DNA from: Malacoraja senta
Taxonomy: Eukaryota
Assembly (NCBI GenBank): GCA_038087875.1
Contig: CM075977.1
Coordinates: forward strand, 161,882,001 to 161,946,000
Direction: 5' to 3'
DNA length: 64,000 nt
The position numbers and the translations under genes are program-made. Positions 60,441-64,000 of this stretch are shown piece after piece; the stretch's first letter is position 1; every line of letters starts with the position of its first letter. A model generated the notes under the pieces. That model saw only the letters and a program-made list of their open reading frames with translations. It did not search any database and was not told the origin of the DNA.

Positions 60441-62409
60441 GAGTTGTTTATTTCAGCAGAAAGAAGCAAATCAATGTTCTTCAGGGCTAGGATGTTCACT
60501 GTACTATTTATAATAGATTTTTGTCCCAATTTTGGACAATGTTCAGATCTTGCCTGTTTGTGGATTAATATTTTGAAATATCAGCAACAATAATGTGTTC
60601 TAAAGGTTGGCAGTTTCCCGTGTCAAAGATTAACGGAAATTTGCATTAATTATAGTAGACACTAACCATACAGGAAAGTAAATGGTGAATATCATTCCTG
60701 GGACAGTAAATTTGAGAATTAATATTTTTCTTTCCTATGAGAAAGACAGAGAGGAATTGATTTTTAAGTAAAAAACTAATAAAGGGATAATTTCATGAAT
60801 GGAAAGTTCTGAGGGGCTGTTTTTATTTGACCTGCTCCAAAATGGCACGTTGTAACTTGACAAAGGGCAAATATTCTGAATGAACACAAAGCAGCTTTAC
60901 CGTATGAAAATGATTAGGGAAGAATTAAAATTTTAATAAGGCCTGTTATTGATACCTTCAGAAGCCGCCAGATGCATTTTGCTTTTCATCTAAAGATTCA
61001 TACGTGTATGTTACCAAATTGTCCATCTTTGCGAACTGACACTGGTTGTGCTTGGACAATTATTCAATTAAAAACAAACAGCCCCAACAACTGTGGATGT
61101 ACAGTCATTAACCCAAGCTGCTTCAGTGCCTGTGTATAATTTCAACTTGGGATGTCAGTTTGGCTTGCACCCAATGTCAGTCTCGGTAATGCCTTCTGTT
61201 AATGATTAAGCAAAGATTTGAAACATATCAATAATTGAGTAGGCAAAATGAGAATATTTAAAGTTAATAAAACTTGTATTGGATGTGATTGCGAGAAGTA
61301 ACTCTTTGGTGGATTCTTTTATGGGTTCAGACTTGGTTGATTGCTCTTTTTATACATCACGGACGAGGCAAATGTACAGGGATTATATACTGACTCGTAA
61401 AATCAGTCACATTCAGCAGTCTTGCACAACAACAAATTACTAGCAGTAGCTTTAATGTAGCATGTTTAAGTTTTCTAAAAAAGCTCTGTAATCTTGGGGA
61501 GGCAGGTTATTTTGCCTAAAGGGAGATATTAGGAATTGTGGCTATAAATCTGATGTAAGCAGAGGAATCAGAAATGGAAGGATTTACAGGTAGAATTCCA
61601 TTATTTAGGATGGCTTCAGTTGAAGTCACTGCCAGTAGTGTGGTGCAAAGGTTGCTGGGGGGAGGGGGGGGTGGATAAGGGTTGCTTTGGATTGAGGATA
61701 GTAAATTATAAGTTGCCTTTAGGGAATGGAGGTACAGTAGGACATGGGAATAGAGGAAATGAGCCTGGGGCAACGATACTGAGGCAATGGGATAGAAGTA
61801 CTTCTTGTAGGTTAGGACATAGGATCTCAGCATCCAAAAAAGTATTGTTAAAACCGTAAAAGGACAATTAATAAAAGCAATCATGTCACAATGCAATATA
61901 TAGTTGATTTTGTTCTAATTTTGTTTCGATCCTTATTTTGAACATTAGGAATTTTAATTGCTGGGACAGAAAAAATATTTTTTGGAGCATATGTTCCTCA
62001 ACTTGTGGCAATTGTTCTCCCACTATAAATTGTAGTCCTACTGTCCATTTTATTGAATTGGCCTGATCAATGTAAAGCTTTGTCACATGCATTTTGTACA
62101 TTGAACATCCAAATATTGGAACAAGTATATTAGCTATTTCTTTTGAGGTTTTAATTAAATGCATAGTCAAGGCTCCCAGTTTAGTATATAATAAATCATG
62201 TTAAATACTGTAGAGATATTTTTATGATATTTAATGGAAAATGACATCATACCGCAGTGAGATTCTGATCTATTGGAAGAACAGGGAAGTGGATGAAATG
62301 ACCATTTATGCCATTCCTTCAGGTACACCTCTGCTCTCTGAAGAGATCAGACAGAAGCATGGGTTTGGAGGGGTGATCAAATGTGGTAATTGATCTAAGC
62401 TTTTAAAAT

Positions 62410-63613
62410 CTAGACAGGACCTGATCAAATGTACAGAAAACGTAATCACGAGACATGGCCAAAGTGCTGGATGACAGGAGAGTGACTAATATTATGCCTG
62501 TATTTAAGAAGGGCTGCAATGGAAAGCCTGGGAACTGCAGACGAGCGAGCCTAACACATTCCGGAGAGGATTCTGATGGATTTGATAAATGCATTTGGAA
62601 AGATAGGGGGTGATTGAGGATAGTCAGCATGGTTTTGTACATGGGAGATTGTGTCATGAATTTGATTCAGGTTTTTTGAAGAAGTAACTAAGAAGGTAAA
62701 TGTTGTCCATATGGACTTCAGCAAGGTCTTTTATAAGGTTCCGCATGGTAGGCTGCTCTGGAAAGTTAGGTCACACGGCATTCAGGGAGAGTTAGCAAGC
62801 TGGATACAGAATTGTCTTCATGGAAAGAGCAGAGGGTGATGGTGGAAGGTTATTTTTCAGACTGGAGGCCTGTGTCCAGTGGTCTGTTCCGGGATCAGTG
62901 GTGGGACAATTGCTGTTTGTTATCAACGATTTGCGTGAGAATGTACAAGGCATGATTAGTATGTTTTCAAATGACACTAAAGTAGATGGTGTCATAGAGA
63001 GTGAAAATGGTTATAACAAAATACAGCAGGATCTTGATCAGCAGGGCAAGTGGGCTAAAGAATGGCTAATGGAGTTTAATGCTGATAAGTGTGAGTTGTT
63101 GCATTGTGGAAAGTCAAACCAGGACAGGGCCTTCTCAGTTAATGGAAGGGTCCTGGGGAGTGTTGTAGAGAAGAGGGATCTTGGAGTACAGGTACATAGT
63201 TCCTTGAAAGTTGCATCACATGTAGATATGACGGTAAATAATGGTTTTAGTAAATTGGCCTTAATCTCAGTCAGGATATTGAGTATATAATTTGGGACGT
63301 TATATTAGAGTTGTATAAGGCATTGGTGATGTGCATTTGGAGCTTTGATCATCCTTCTATAAGAAGAATGTCATTAAACTAAAAAGAGTGCATAGAATAT
63401 TTACAAGACGGTTGCCAATACTCAAGACTGAGGGGGAAAGATTGTGCAAGCTGGACAAGATACTATAACAGCATTTAAAAGACAATTGGACAGGTACATG
63501 GATAGGAAAGGTCTAGAGGGATGTGGGCCTAACACAGGCAAATGGGTCTAGCTTAGATGTGCATCTTGGTCAGCATGGACTAGTTGGGCCGAAGGACCTG
63601 TTTCCGTGCTGTA
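62410..63613 (+). mobile_element. Degraded CR1 ORF2 and 3' end
   Basis: SVPGSVVGQLLF, FSNDTKV, WLMEFNADKCELLH and DLGVQVH peptides; HER1-like tail. Confidence 0.9.
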
Positions 63614-64000
63614 TGTGTAGGAAGGAACTGTTGATACTGGTTAAAACTGAAGATAGACACAAAAAGCTGGAGTAACTCAGCGGGTCTGACAGTATCTATG
63701 GAGAAAAGAAATGGACAACGTTTTGGGTTGAGACCCTTCTTCAGACTGAGAGTCAGGGGAAAGGGAAATGAGAGATATAGACGGTGATGTAGAGAGATAT
63801 AGTACAAATGAATTAAAGATATGCAAAAAAGTAACGATGATAAAGGAAACAGATCATTGTTAGCTGTGTGCTAGGTGAAAACGAGTAGAGACAATGAGAC
63901 TCAACAAGACGACTTTGAAGCTGGTATAACTTGGGTGGGAGAGGGATGGAGAGAGAGGGGATGTAAGGATTACTTGAGGTTAGAGAAATCAATATTCATA
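63614..64000 (-). mobile_element. Penelope-like element 3' end (continues beyond the window)
   Basis: Pseudo-LTR, with the final bases reading MNIDFSNLK* on minus, matching the GIY-YIG end MNIDFSTFR at 34372-34402. Confidence 0.88.

Noticed and set aside
1-64000. CRISPR arrays, rRNA, or prokaryotic operon/defence systems
   Set aside because: No regularly spaced repeats or rRNA motifs. The phage-like recombinase and methyltransferase belong to a eukaryotic DIRS retrotransposon.

Overview
AT-rich, repeat-dense vertebrate genomic DNA. The repeat set (tRNA-derived V-SINE/HE1-like SINEs, many CR1/HER1-like LINEs, Penelope-like element (PLE) foldbacks, Rex1-like tails) suggests a cartilaginous fish, probably a skate or ray (inference). 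I recognise no host protein-coding exon, so the window is probably a long intron or intergenic DNA. Nearly all ORF-track entries are TE fragments or noise. The main feature is a structurally complete but mutationally inactivated DIRS-type tyrosine-recombinase retrotransposon (36655-41407): ITRs, internal complementary region (ICR), gag, RT/RNase H/methyltransferase and YR. Its sequence suggests an alternative-splicing expression programme. The YR frame has no start codon of its own, but it begins exactly at a strong 3' splice site preceded by 132 AG-free nt. A donor-like site directly after the RT ATG-GAG would join Met-Glu in frame to YR. Other items: PLE-derived palindromic insertions with individual 13-17 bp TSDs and minimal hammerhead motifs, a non-autonomous Helitron-like element with a G-rich core, a hAT-type element with anomalous flanks, a modular non-autonomous retroposon, and a candidate recursive splice site. 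Coordinates of old repeats are approximate.
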